In this document: positions 12,762 through 25,665 of the stretch, piece by piece
Layout: each line of letters starts with the position of its first letter
Numbering within the stretch: the stretch's first letter is position 1
Made by a program: the position numbers and the translations under genes
The notes under the pieces: generated by a model
Told to the model about the DNA's origin: nothing
Databases searched by the model: none
What the model saw: only the letters and a program-made list of their open reading frames with translations
Assembly: GCA_964016885.1 (NCBI GenBank)
Contig: OZ024743.1
Coordinates: forward strand, 244,900,001-244,964,000
Source of the DNA: Eledone cirrhosa
Taxonomy: Eukaryota
DNA: 64,000 nucleotides
Direction: 5' to 3'

Positions 12762-13368
12762 ATGGTGGCTGCCAACTCGTTTTCGAGTACGGCCACTACT
12801 TTATATCCATGTAGGAGAACCCCTACTGATGCGCTGAACGAGTGTGACTTTTTAGTCCAACCAGCGACTTGAAAACTCTGGTACAAACACTACACTTGTG
12901 ATAATTATTGACACATAGTGCGGGGCCCATGGTACCATGTGACGACAAGTGCAGAGAGATCTCCAGATATAAAGCAATGCCTGTGCCGTGAAGCTTTTAT
13001 AGTGAGCAAAGGCACTGCACAAAGCCAGTCCCACTCTCTTAACCAAGATGATATTTACCAAAAAGAAGAACAAGTCAACATCATTGGATACCATCAGGGT
13101 TGCAGGTGTTATATCAGAGCTTTCCTTCTAGAATTCTGCCTTGACAAAGGCTAAGGGGTCATCTCTCCCGGTGATTTTGGATGGCCATTGACTCTTAAGA
13201 GCTCCTTTGCCCTTTGACAGGTTTTGTTTTTAGTCCTGCAGGATGTCCAAAGTCACCCTCCTCACCAAGAAACCTTGGTGGGGTTGCCAGTTTAGTCGCC
13301 AACGACCCGACCATGAGTCAAGTTGTACTGGGATACATGTTACCAGTAGCACCAACTGGTGACCTGAC
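12762..13368 (-). mobile_element. ~610 bp non-autonomous RTE-derived element, copy 1 (5' UTR-like part fused to a C2H2-finger-encoding 3' end)
   Basis: Near-identical to 24607-25212. The 3' part encodes CSVCTRVFKSLxGLKSHTRSAH. Flanked by (TACA)n. Confidence 0.75.
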
Positions 13369-13689
13369 ATATATACATACATACATATATACATACATAC
13401 GAACATGCATTAGATGCAAAAAATGTGCATCTAATAACTGCATATACACATGTACAGATACAAAGCATATACACATGCACACATACAACTCAAAACATAC
13501 ACATCCACACATACAATAACATCCATATCTACACATGCATGCATGCAGACATGCAGACATATCTACCTAGTTGATGTTGTGTAAATTCCAATGAGAGAGT
13601 ATTGTGTCTGTGTTAGAAACCGACTCTCTCTCTCTATTGGTAAAAATTTGTGAAATTATAAAACCAGAAGAACATACATAGATACAAAC

Positions 13690-14782
13690 ATGATGGCTCT
13701 AGACTCTGCTAAGAGTATTGCAATCGCTTGTAACAGATCCTGAACAAGCAATGCCTGTGTTTTGAAGGTTTTTTTAAGTGGGGAAAGGCCTTGCACTCGA
13801 CCACTGCACTCTGAGCATTGAAAACACTACCCGAAAAGGAGAACTGGTCAACATAATCGGATGCTTCCGAAGCCGCAGGTTTATTTTTTCAGAGTTTCCC
13901 TCTCTTAGAAAGGTGTTGTGACAACCACTGGGGGCCCAGGTGAAAAAAAAGTACTATTTGGATAGCTGTTGATTCTGCTGAGTTCCTCCCTCTTTGCCGT
14001 GTCTTGTATTTCATCCCACAGGGTGTCCAAATATCATCCTCCTCACCAAGCAAGCTTGGTGGGGTTGCCGGTTTAGTCGCCGACGACCCGACCATTTGAC
14101 AGGTTGTACTGGGTTACATGTTACCAGTAGCACTCGAGAGCGACCTGACATACATACATGATGATGGCTGCCCCCTCGTTATCGAGTATGGCCATTGCAC
14201 GATATACCATTATTAATCATTATTAATTAATTCTATCGTGCAATGCCTGTGTGTGAAGATATTTTTTAAAGTGAGGAAAGACTGTGCACTGAGCCAATCC
14301 CACTCTCTGAGCGACAGTAGCTATAACCCGAAAAGAAGAAAAGATCAACATCATCGGTAACTACTGAGCCGCAGGTTTTATATCGGAGTTATCCCAGTTT
14401 CCTGAGTTGCCTTATCGTAGAAGAATGCCCTGAGAAAGACTAGGGGTCCTTCACTCCCAGTGGTTTAACCGCGCAATCAGGTGTCCAGTCCGACTATTTC
14501 TATGGTACCCGCGCATATACATACACATGCACCCATGCATATACACATATACGCACACATGTACATGTGTATATACATATTTACACACTTTTGGATGGCC
14601 GTCGACTTTTATGAGTTCTTCCGCCGTTTGTCAGGTTTTGTTTTTTGTCTTACTGGGTGTCCCAAATCACCCTCCTCACCAAGTAAACTTGGTGGGGTTG
14701 CCGGTTTAGTCGCCGACGACCCGACCATGTGACAGGTTGTACTGGGTTACATGTTACCAGTAGCACTCAAGAGTGACCCGAC
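13690..14782 (-). mobile_element. Cluster of older relatives of the RTE-derived element (ends near 14149, ~14460 and 14782)
   Basis: Shared blocks GCAATGCCTGTG, CCCTCCTCACCAAG...CTTGGTGGGGTTGCC and GTTGTACTGGG.TACATGTTACCAGTAGCAC. Confidence 0.7.
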
Positions 14783-15212
14783 ATAAACATATATATATAT
14801 ATAAAAGGAACGATCGACTTTCGTCAAATCGGACCGAGGGAACAATGTTTCCGTTGGTCTTTCCAATTGCTAATACTATCTATCGGTCGCAACTCCAGGT
14901 AGAAGGAGCAACGTGAAATAAAGTGTCTTGCTCAAGGACATAACGCATCACCTGGTCCAGGAATCGAACTCACAACCTTACGATTGCGAATATATATATA
15001 TATATATGTGTGTGTGGTAAGGTTGCTTGGATGCGTCCATATGCGGTATTCCGGTTGAGCACTCTATGCTCCTTCGGAGCAGAGTATGATAATATGGAAA
15101 ACGAAGAACCAGTGATGCATCGGAACACAAATTTATTACGTACTAGCTGGCCCGTCCGGCTGGCGCCCGGCTACCATTGGCGTATTCTACTGCATCCATA
15201 TATATATATATA

Positions 15213-15853
15213 TATCTGACGTACCTAGCTTCGCTTGGATAAACAGGCGATAAGCCGTCTGTGTAGTATAGTATGACTGTTCAATACATATAGTATTACT
15301 ATTGAAAATATAGTATAGTGTTACTATTGAAAATATATAGTATAGTATGACTGTTGAAAACATATAGTATAGTATAGTATTACTGTTGAAAATATATAGT
15401 ACAGTATTACTGTTGAAAATATATAGTATAGTATTACAGTTGAAAATATATAGTACAGTATTACTGTTAAAAATATATAGTATAGTATTACTGTTGAAAA
15501 TATATAGTACAGTATAGTATCACTGTTTAAAATATATAGTATAGTATAGTATCACTGTTGAAAATATATAGTATAGTATAGTATTAATGTTAAAAATATA
15601 TAGTACAGTATTACTGTAGAAAATATATAGTACAGTACAGTATTTCTGTTGAAAATATATAGTGTAATATTACTGTTGAAAATGTATAGTATAGTATTAC
15701 TGTTGTAAATATATAGTATAATATTACTGTTGAAAATATATAGTACAGTATAGTATGACATTACTGTTGAAAATATGTAGTATAGTATAGTATTACTGTT
15801 GAAAATATATAGTACAGTATTACTGTTGAAAGTATGTACACGAATAAATAATG

Positions 15854-15887
<34 letters not shown>

Positions 15888-16614
15888 GCTGGTTAGAAGC
15901 GAAGTCAATGCAGACAGGCAGCCAGACAGAGAGATATTATAAGGGCGCGACGTTATAGCTATGTATCTGTCTAAAAAGACGGAGTAAGAAAGAGAGAGGA
16001 ATGTCGTATTATATATATTATATATAATAAAGTACCAGTAATGTACTGGAATAATTTCTGGCCTTGTGCCAAAAGTAGAAACAATTATACTTCTTTTTTA
16101 TATAGCTGTAAATAACATGTTTATGTATGTATATATACGTATAAAGGAATGCTGTAATAAAATGTACAAATTAAACTGTCTCTTATTTATGATACTAACA
16201 CTATATATATATATATATACTATATATATATATATACACACACTATATATACATATATACACACACAGATAGCGAAGCCAATGTACAGAAGGGTTTTCGT
16301 AATGCAGACAGCCAGACATACAGTCAGATATTATAAGGGCGTGACGTTAAAGCTATGCATCTATCTAAAAAGACAGACTAAGAAAGAGGGAGATCGCTAA
16401 CCGGAAATGTTGACATTTGAAAATTTTAAAGAAGTGAATATTTAAATAAACAATAAAATATCTTTAATCTTTTAACTAAATTTAGTAGACAAAAATACCC
16501 TCACTTTCTTACTTGGAAAAAATTACATCTATGGTGCAAATTTGGTGCTGTTTGGTCCAGCTGTTTGGCGAAAAGTTTGTTACATACATACGGCCGTCAG
16601 CTTTATAATATAGA
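15213..16614 (-). mobile_element. Non-autonomous Helitron carrying an internal satellite
   Basis: Minus strand starts A|TCTATATTATAAAGCTGACGGCCGTATGTATGTAAC (Helitron-type 5' TC end) and ends CCAAGCGAAGCTAGGTACGTCAGATA, a degenerate form of the 3' end seen at 63885-63911. Confidence 0.6.
15265..15836. repeat. Tandem repeat, ~27-37 bp unit (TATTACTGTTGAAAATATATAGTAYAG)
   Basis: About 19 recurrences of TACTGTTGAAAATATATAGTA. Confidence 0.92.
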
Positions 16615-16802
16615 TTACAAATATATATATATGAATATATATATTAGGTTATGCAAGAAATGCTTAGGGTTATCCTGAATGCAGTAATGGTTAATTACTA
16701 CACTAGATAGAGTTGACGTACGGTGAGGGGTTACTCAACGAGTTATGGAAGAATAGTCGGAAAAATTCAGTTTCAGATCCTTCTGTATTCCGGAGTGTAG
16801 AT

Positions 16803-17454
16803 AAAGAATGAATAATAACAGGGAGACATCATAAAAAGGTAATTTATTCCGAGTGCTTACAAATGTTTCAACAGTAGTTATACAGCCTAGTCATGCTATG
16901 TGCAATTGATAATTAATAATTATTTGATTGCAGAAACTCAATTTTCAAATGTTGCGACTACCATTTCCTCGGTCTACCACACTCCCTCTCCACATCTATA
17001 AACCTGCTCTCTGTAGCAATAAATAATCCCAATCTTGACCACATCAACACAATGCTTAAGGGGCTGTCACCTTGAGAATAAACAGTAAAATAAAACCCCT
17101 ACCACAACATTTTGATTAAGCTATCTGTATTCTTCAAACCACTCTCTCCCACTTCTCCAACCCCTACATCTCTCTCTGTTTGTCTGTCTGTCTCTCTCTC
17201 CCCTTCTTTCTCTTTTCCTTTCTACTCTATCTTCTCCAATAACTTCCTTTAAGAAATACAAGGGTATTTACATTTTAACCATTCTGCTCTGGGGAAATGG
17301 TAGTCGCAGCATTTGAAAATTGAGTTTCTGCAATCAAATAATTATTATCAATTGCACATAGCATGATTAGGTTGTATAACTACTGTTGAAACATTTGTAA
17401 GCACTCGGAATAAATTACCTTTTTTATGATGTCTACCTGTCATTATTCATTCTT

Positions 17455-17455
<1 letters not shown>
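16803..17455. repeat. (TA)n-anchored inverted repeat: ~165 bp arms (16803-16970 / 17290-17455), ~320 bp spacer
   Basis: AAAGAATGAATAAT...CTACCATTTCC is the reverse complement of GGAAATGGTAG...ATTATTCATTCTTT. Further related pieces at 16645-16687 and 17500-17600. Confidence 0.9.
17285..17403 (+). ncRNA. Type I hammerhead-like motif with very long stem II; core variant CUGGGGA
   Basis: Stem I TGCT/AGCA; CTGGGGA at 17289; stem II base AATGGTAGT/ACTACTGTT; GAAA at 17388; stem III AC-ATTT-GT; GUA cleavage triplet. Confidence 0.6.
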
Positions 17456-17503
<48 letters not shown>

Positions 17504-17595
17504 AATGATTAATAAAACAGGTAGACATCATAAAAAGGTAATTTATTCCAAGTGTTTACTGCATTCAGGATAATCCTAACCATTTTTTGCATAAC

Positions 17596-17663
<68 letters not shown>

Positions 17664-18005
17664 TCGTATTTTTAATTGATAAGTATTATCAAATTTATAA
17701 GCTCTAATATTTATATTTGAGTCTATATTTATATATTTGAGTCTATATATTAGGTTTAAGAGGCAAACTAATTACTACACGGTATATTTATTACTAATAA
17801 ATTTTAATTTGTACGTTTAGTCTTCCACAACTTTCAACATTTTCCTGACTATATTTAAAGATGTTTACGTTTTCGAATTTGGAGATGTTCAGACATGTGG
17901 TTGGTAAATAATTCAGTACATACTTCTGTGTTTGAAAGAAACGTTCGTAAATCTATTAACTAATGTAATTAAACCCTGGTTATTGGATCCATATTATGTA
18001 TGTAT

Positions 18006-18113
18006 ACAACAGCTAAATCTACCTCAATTTAAAACAACAGCTAAATCTACCTCAATTTAAAACAACAGCTAAATCTACCTCAATTTAAAACAACAGTTAA
18101 ATCTACCTCAATT
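18006..18113. repeat. 28 bp tandem repeat x~4 (ACAACAGCTAAATCTACCTCAATTTAAA)
   Basis: Direct inspection. Confidence 0.9.
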
Positions 18114-18342
18114 TAGAATCTACACTCTTAAAAAAAAAAGAATGCATTAGATAATATAACATTGAACAAAAAAATAAAAATAAATGATACGATAATTAAG
18201 GTTGAAAAAATGTTATTATAGATCTAGTCAGTCGAGGTTGACCTGGGGCTAAATAGCAAGAACAACTACAACAAGAAGAGAAATATTCTCTGTTTGCTCT
18301 TTCTAAAATCTATCACAAACCGGATGCTCATACCGATTTCGG

Positions 18343-18516
<174 letters not shown>

Positions 18517-18633
18517 TTTGTTGTGCAAGGAGGAATATTTGAAAGTGTTTATACTTCGTAGTTCATTCTTTTCAGAGCTACGGACTCTAATTTAAAAATA
18601 AAAAACTTAAGTGTACCCTAATCTATCTATCTA

Positions 18634-18672
<39 letters not shown>

Positions 18673-18870
18673 ATTCACTTCGCGCAGAAGTTTTGTTCAA
18701 ATTTATTGCGGAAATTTTGTAAGTTCAATTTTAATTTTGATACTATTGTGTAGCTTGACCCCCCGTCTGAACTGTCAGGCGGTGGGTCAGCTCATCTTTG
18801 CCCCTCCCAGGGGTGAAAAACCTGTTTTTAAAAATTTTGTGGCAAAATAAATTTCAATCGTCTGACAGAA

Positions 18871-20776
18871 ATGTTAAACGAAGCTAACGAAAATAGTGGT
18901 GGGGGGACAGCGGTAAGAGTTGTAAGCTCGCATTCTTTAGTCCGCCCCCCTTCCTGCCCAACTAACGTCATAGAGAAGGAAAGAAAAAATAAAATAAAAA
19001 CAGACGAATCTGCGGAGAAAAATGACGAAAACACAAATCTGGACATTGATTCCAACAACGAAAAAAATTTGAAAATTGCATGACAATATTAATACCACAA
19101 ACAAAGACACGACAAACACAAAAATCACATTTGAAAACAACATCATAACAGAAAGCAAAGCAGACGACAAAGTCAACACCAATAATATTTCATTTGCACA
19201 AACAACAAAGAAATCTTTGACATATATACCTGAAAATATTTCAGATGTGGCACAAAGAATTACAGACGCCAGACAATACATAACTGAAGGGGAAAATGGT
19301 ATTTTATCGGTAAAAATGCCTCAAGAACTCACCAAAGACATTGAAAGTCGGACGGTCGTTTTCCGCACCATCAACAATATTTCTAGAAAACCTCAACAGC
19401 CAACACAAACAGAAATCAAAGCAGTACTTACAGAAGTATTTAATGAAACCACTTTCATAAGAAGAGACAGACTGTATGGAAGCCTAGCGATTATTACGAA
19501 GAACGAATCGGCGGCAAAAAAATGTGCTTTGTCACCGATTCGTTCGACAAATTTTACCTTTTATCCATCTTATATGGGTAAAAGAACTCAGTGCATATGG
19601 CTGGATGCAATGATGCCAGATGTGGCTACTGCTGGCTCATAGCTGGCTTCATCGAGCCAGCGAATGACAACGTGATTTCCATTGGGAAAACCACAGGCAA
19701 TGCGTTCAGTGGAACAGGTATAGAACTTGTAGTGCAAATGAAGCCTGAACGCATCGCCCAAATACCCGACAGAATCCTATTAGAGGGCCACGGGTATATA
19801 AACATTAGTGTGGAGGGGAGAAGGCCGTCCTGTCATATCTGTGCAGGCAGAGGGCACCTGAAGGCGGCTTGTCCCCAACTCAACAAAAAGAAAACCCTGC
19901 TACCAACACCAGCTCCACCACTACCACAACAGATAAACAAACAACAAAACTCAGTCCCACCCAACCCGTCTCTCAGTAAAACTACACCACCACCACAACA
20001 CAAACAGTCACAACACATTACCCAAAAACAAAATACAGTCCTACCCAACCCCCTCACTCAATAAAACAACACAACCACCGCAGCCACAACACACAACACA
20101 GTCTAACATAGTGACATCCATCTCCCCCACAAAGAAAACCAACACGGAAACATTACCAGCAAACATACCTCTTCCCTCCAACACTGAAGATAACCCAACG
20201 AATTCGGAGGAAGAAACGGAGTCCTTCAGACAGATTAAAAGGAAAAAAAGAAAACATGTGCAAAACACACAAGGCCAAACAACCCCTACCCAAATGTCAA
20301 CACAATCCAACAAAACACAAAACACCCCTCCAGCAACAAACAAAATCAAACCTGCCCCTCCCCTCTTCGAAACACTCACACCATCCGAAAAAAAGACATT
20401 ACACTATACTTACATCAACAGAAACAATAATAAATTAAATGAACTCATAAACAATAATCCTTCGGTACAAACCGAAGGTGTAAACTTTGTTTCTTCAGAA
20501 AACTACCCACATTTAAAATTAATAAAGATTCCAATGAACCTCTACCAAAAACTAAAAAAGGATTTTAAGGAGGACGTAGGACCACCCTCTGTCAAACCCA
20601 TAAACCGCGTCCTACTAAAAAGCTTTCCCCCTCCCCTTCCCCTCCCCAACACAACTCCAAACACCCCAACTCCACCACACACTGACGACCCCACACCACC
20701 ACAAGACACCCCTTCACCCAACACCCCCGACCCCATGGAAGTCGTGCGACCCGAACCCCGGGAAGCAGAAAGGTAG
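18871..20776 (+). pseudogene. LINE ORF1 (gag-like, zinc knuckle), disrupted
   Basis: Four consecutive ORF pieces (frameshifts near 19080 and 19630, stop at 20062). Contains VEGRRPSCHICAGRGHLKAACP (CX2CX4HX4C) and a Pro/Thr/Gln-rich tail. Confidence 0.85.
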
Positions 20777-20809
20777 GTCTCTACACTCTCCTTTGGCTTT
20801 GCCGCCCAC

Positions 20810-23800
20810 ATGGATGTGTTAGGAGTAGGATGTTTGAATGCACGTGGCCTGGGCTCAACTTGGAAGCAAGCAAAGCTTCTAAATGACCTCAGGTCACGTG
20901 GTATAAATGTAATGGTTATCTGTGAGACTCGGATCAGCGTCGTGCGGCAGCTGGCCCCTACCTTCGATGACTTTGAGGTGTATGCATCTCTCTGTCAACC
21001 TGGAGGTGGGGGTGGGGTTGTCGTACTGCTGGAAAAACACCTGGGTCTCGCCGTACAGGTTGTTCACTCGGACCCGGAGGGTCGTTTGTTGGTGCTAGAC
21101 GTTGGCAGTAGTGAAGGTGCGGCCTTGAGACTGGTCGCCGTCTACTCCCCTTTCGGAGCTGAACGGCCCGACTTCTTCCAGCGTTTGGAGACTTTTCTGG
21201 GAACGTCGCGTTCCCTGCTTCTAGCGGGGGATTGGAATGACATCCTAGATGCACGTTGGGACTATGCAGGAGCATGTCCTAATAGGGGGGGGTGTAACAG
21301 CCTCAAGGGGTTACTCGACCGTTTTAACTTGGTCGATAGATATCGACTAGATTTTCCAACTGTGCCAACCTGGACTTGGACGAACCACAGTGGTCAATCT
21401 AGATCGTACTTAGATAAATTCTTAGTTAGAAGTAAGGATAGGGACATATTAAGCTGTCCAGAAATGCTCACGGTTGGCTATACGGATCACAAATTAGTGA
21501 CCTGCGTAGTCAATCTCGAGAAAACACATAAACAGGGTCCCGGTTACTGGAAACTTAATTTGTCTTTACCGGCAAAAGAGACTTACAGAAACCGGATTAG
21601 CAGATGAGTTAAGGAGAGGTTGACGAGTGCAATCGTCAACAACCGATGGTGGGCATCTCTCAAAAGAGAGATTAGAACAGAATCAATAAGTTATAGCAAG
21701 ATGTTAGCTGCCGATAGGAATAGAAACGAGAAAGAATTAACAGGTAAATTAGAAGAGGCAATCAAGAGCGAAGATGTGGCCAGAGTGCTGGCATCGAGGA
21801 CGGCCTTGAACCAGTTTTTCGATGCAAAGCACGAAGGCTGCGTCATTCGAAGTAAAATACGTGCTCTAGGTAATGAGGGGGCCAAAACCGTTGGCTGGGC
21901 CCGCGTGACAGAAGATAAGAGTGGAAATCGATCCACCATCCGGTCTTTGCAAGACGAGGATGGACGGGTGATCCGGGAGCCTAAGCAGATGTGCGAGGCC
22001 TTTCAAAGGCACTTTGCCCGATTATTCGGGGGAGGCGAGGGTCCGGGCGGGGACGTGGATTTCGGTCCATACCTCGACGGCCTGCCGCGTCTCTCGAGCG
22101 AAGAGGCAGAGTCCTGCGAGGGACCAATCTCGGCTGATGAGATCGGGGATGCGCTGAGCCAATGCAGCAGACGCAAATCTCCAGGTCTCGATGGTATACC
22201 TTACGAACTTTATTTAGCAATGCCGGTCTTCTTCTCCGAACTCCTCGAAGCGGTCTACTGCAATTGGCAGCAGAACGGGAGAATTCCTTGTTCTGTAGCC
22301 AAGGGCGTAGTCTCGCTGGTGAGGAAGGACGAGAACAAGGGGGATAGTATAAATAATTTTCGGCCCATAACCCTGCTAAACACAGAGTTAAAGATTTTGG
22401 CCAAGGTGTTAGCAAAGAGGTTGGCGCTTGTCGTGGGTGGCCTGGTGGGAGATGCGCAGACATGTGCTATCCCATCCAGGTCCATTCACGATAACCTCCA
22501 CCTCATGCGATACATCATAGAGAGGGTTGGCAACAAACCCGGCTTCGGTGGGGCCCTGATCAAGTTGGATTAGTCTAAGGCCTTCGATAGGGTCGACCAT
22601 GGTTACCTGGATGCGGTGCTAGCGGCGGCTGGGTTCGGTCCTGTTTTCAGAGGCTGGATCACTGCCTTACATAGAAACCACATCTGTTCTAGGATCAAGG
22701 TGAACGGCTACCTTTCGAAGGTAGCCGTTCGAAATCACACGATCCATTCGACAGGGGTGCCCTCTCTCCTCCCTTCTGTACGTATTGACTCTCGAGCCTT
22801 TACTGGGGAAGTTGGAGTTGTTGCAGGGTATCCCCCTGGAACCAGGATTGAGCAAAGCGGTGTCGGCCTACGCCGATGACGTAACAGTAATGGTATCGAC
22901 CGACTCGGAGATCGAGGCGATCGGTACCTTACTGGAGGATTACGAAAGGTTGTCAGAAGCGAAACTGAACCGGAAAAAATCCATCGGGCTGCAACTCGGA
23001 ACGTGGAGAGGCAGACCGATGCCTCCCGACGGTGTCGTCGGACACTGGACGGAGGGCCCGGTGAAGTTGCTTGGGGTCTGGTTTGGACCGGACCTCCAGG
23101 TGGAAAAGAACTGGGATGAGGTTACGAACAAGGTGTTTGCATTAACCCAGAAATGGGCCAAGTGTAAGCTGTCCCTAAAAGGTCGGGCGGAGGTGGCGAA
23201 CATTTACATAGCGTCCGTCACTTACTACCGCCTGACTGTCGTGCCTTGCCCTAAGGAAACACTCACCACCATGGAACGCATGCTCTTCCAATTTCTTTGG
23301 AAGAAGCGCCCTCCTATGGTGAGAAGATCCATCTGCTGCCAACAACCTTCGAAAGGAGGGCTGGGGATGCCGTGGTTGATGATGCGTAGGCACGCATTAA
23401 GGCTACGGCACCTACAGGTATTCCTCACTGGTCAACCGGTGTGGGCTCCGTTCGTGAAACGAGCCTTTCCGAGACTCGTCTCGCTCACCGAGCTGCAGTC
23501 CTGGGTCAAGCAAAGATCCGGAAAACTGGGAGACTGGCACACTGAGTGTGCCCAGGCGCTCAGGGCTCTCTGGCAAGCGGGCCAGGCCATCGGTGGAGAA
23601 TCCACCTCATCATTCTATAGAGGGCTGGTGGCTAGCAGGGGCGATGACACCCTTGGAGAGTCGCTGGACATGGAAGAGGACGAACTGGCCAGCCTGTTCG
23701 GTAGGACTTTCGGCCCGGGACCAATGGACAACTTCCAGAAGTCACTAGCCTGGCAGTGCTACCGGGGGGCTCTACCCGTTCGAGAGAGGCTCTACAGACA

Positions 23801-24251
23801 CGGGCGCCCGGGCAGGGATCCCTCGAAAAAGATTTGCCCTAGATGCGTGCGTCACGAAGAAACCGTTGCGCACGCATTGGTGCAATGTCCGGGCGTGGCT
23901 GATCTGTGGGGCTACGCCAAACGACTGCTGTCGCGGGTGGCGCCGATTCGATTGACCGCCGAGTCCGTGATGACAATCAAGCCGCCTCCCCTCTTCACAA
24001 AGGAAGCAAAGGCGGTTTTTCTGTGCGTAATAGCCATGTTGAAAGAGGTTGTTTGGTGGACACGATTGAAAGGTCTGAGGTCAGGCAACTTCCTCTCTGG
24101 CCATAGTCTGGTCTACTTCTTCCGATATCACTTCGGAAGAAGGATAAGAATGGAGAGAGAGGTGCTTGGCCACAGCCAGTTTTATGAAAGGTGGGTGATA
24201 GTGGCGAGAATGGCTCGTGTAAATGGGCCTTCTCTGTATACCATCCTGTAG
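20810..24251 (+). pseudogene. LINE ORF2 (APE endonuclease, reverse transcriptase, C-terminal zinc finger), disrupted
   Basis: APE motifs LNARGL, CETR, GDWN, SYLDKF, TDHK; KSPGLDG; FRPITLLN; KLD*SKAFDRVDH; YADDV; KGGLG; CPRC...H...C. Stops at ~21605 and ~22571, frameshift near 22700. Confidence 0.93.
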
Positions 24252-24472
24252 GTAAAGAAGTGAAGGAGAGGGGAGAACCTTCTCCATGTGCTCCCCGGGC
24301 AAAGGATTGCACACTTTTTCGGGGGTGTGTGCAACCCCCATCACGTCCCCTCCCTTTTAAGGTTGTTTTCGATTATTTTCATTTTATACCCTTTTTACTC
24401 GATTTTATGTAAACTCCCCCTTTGTATTTGTCCCTTCTTTTTATGCCTTTATGGTAAATAAAGAAATATATC

Positions 24473-24504
<32 letters not shown>

Positions 24505-24606
24505 CGTGTGTCTGTGTGTGTGTGTGTGTGTACAATCATACACACTTACTCCCCCCTCCCACATATATATATACGTACACACACATATGTATATGTGCAT
24601 ATATAC

Positions 24607-25212
24607 ATGGTGGCTGCCAACTCGTTTTCGAGTACGGCCACTACTTTATATCCATGTAGGAGAACTCCTACCGATGCGCTGAACGAGTGTGACTTTTTAG
24701 TCCAGCCAGCGACTTGAAAACTCTGGTACAAACACTACACTTGTGACAATTATTGACACATAGTGCTGGGCCCATGGTACCATGTAACGACAAGTGCAGA
24801 GAGATCTCCAGATATAAAGCAATGCCTGTGCCGTGAAGCTTTTATAGTGAGCAAAGGCACTGCACGAAGCCAGTCCCACTCTCTTAACCAAGATGATATT
24901 TACCAAAAAGAAGAACATGTCAACATCATTGGATACCATCAGAGTTGCAGGTGTTATATCAGAGTTTTCCTGCTCCTAGAATTCTGCCTTGACAAAAGCT
25001 AAGGGGTCATCTCTCCCGGTGATTTTGGATGGCCATTGACTCTTAAGAGCTCCTTTGCCCTTTGACAGGTTTTGTTTTTAGTCCTGCAGGATGTCCAAAG
25101 TCACCCTCCTCACCAAGAAACCTTGGTGGGGTTGCCAGTTTAGTCGCCAACGACCCGACCACGAGACAGGTTGTACTGGGATACATGTTACCAGTAGCAC
25201 CAACTGGTGACC
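24607..25212 (-). mobile_element. Non-autonomous RTE-derived element, copy 2
   Basis: Near-identical to 12762-13368. Confidence 0.8.
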
Positions 25213-25280
25213 ATACATACATACATGCATACGTACATACATACACGCATGCATGGATACATACATGCATACGTACATAC

Positions 25281-25665
25281 ATGGTGGCTGCCAACTCGTT
25301 TTCGAGTACGGCCACTACTTTATATCCATGTAGGAGAACTCCTACCGATGCGCAGAACGAGTGTGACTTTTTAGTCCAGCCAGCGACTTGAAAACTCTGG
25401 TACAAACACTACACTTGTGGCAATTACTGACACATAGTGCTGGGCCCATGGTACCATGTGATGACAAGTGCAGAGAGATCTCCAGATATAAAGCAATGCC
25501 TTTGTCAAGGCAGAATTCTAGAAGAAGGAAAACTCTTATATAACACCTGCAACCCTGATGGTATCCAATGATGTTGACTTGTTCTTCTTTTTGGTAAATA
25601 TCATCTTGGTTAAGAGAGTGGGACTGGTTTTGTGCAGTGCCTTTGCTCACTATAAAAGCTTCACG
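25281..25665. mobile_element. Non-autonomous RTE-derived element, copy 3, with an internal inversion
   Basis: 25281-25500 is collinear with copies 1 and 2; ~25497-25665 is the next segment in the opposite orientation. Confidence 0.8.

Larger units (their letters stand above)
18668..24465 (+). mobile_element. Near-full-length L1/Tx1-clade non-LTR retrotransposon (decayed)
   Basis: 5' UTR, ORF1 with a CCHC knuckle, ORF2 with APE, RT and zinc-finger domains, and a short pyrimidine-rich 3' UTR ending AATAAAGAA. Flanked by (TA)n on both sides. Confidence 0.92.

Noticed and set aside
22130-22165. CTGATGA inside LINE ORF2 (also 34828 and 61273)
   Set aside because: No downstream GAAA with supporting stems.
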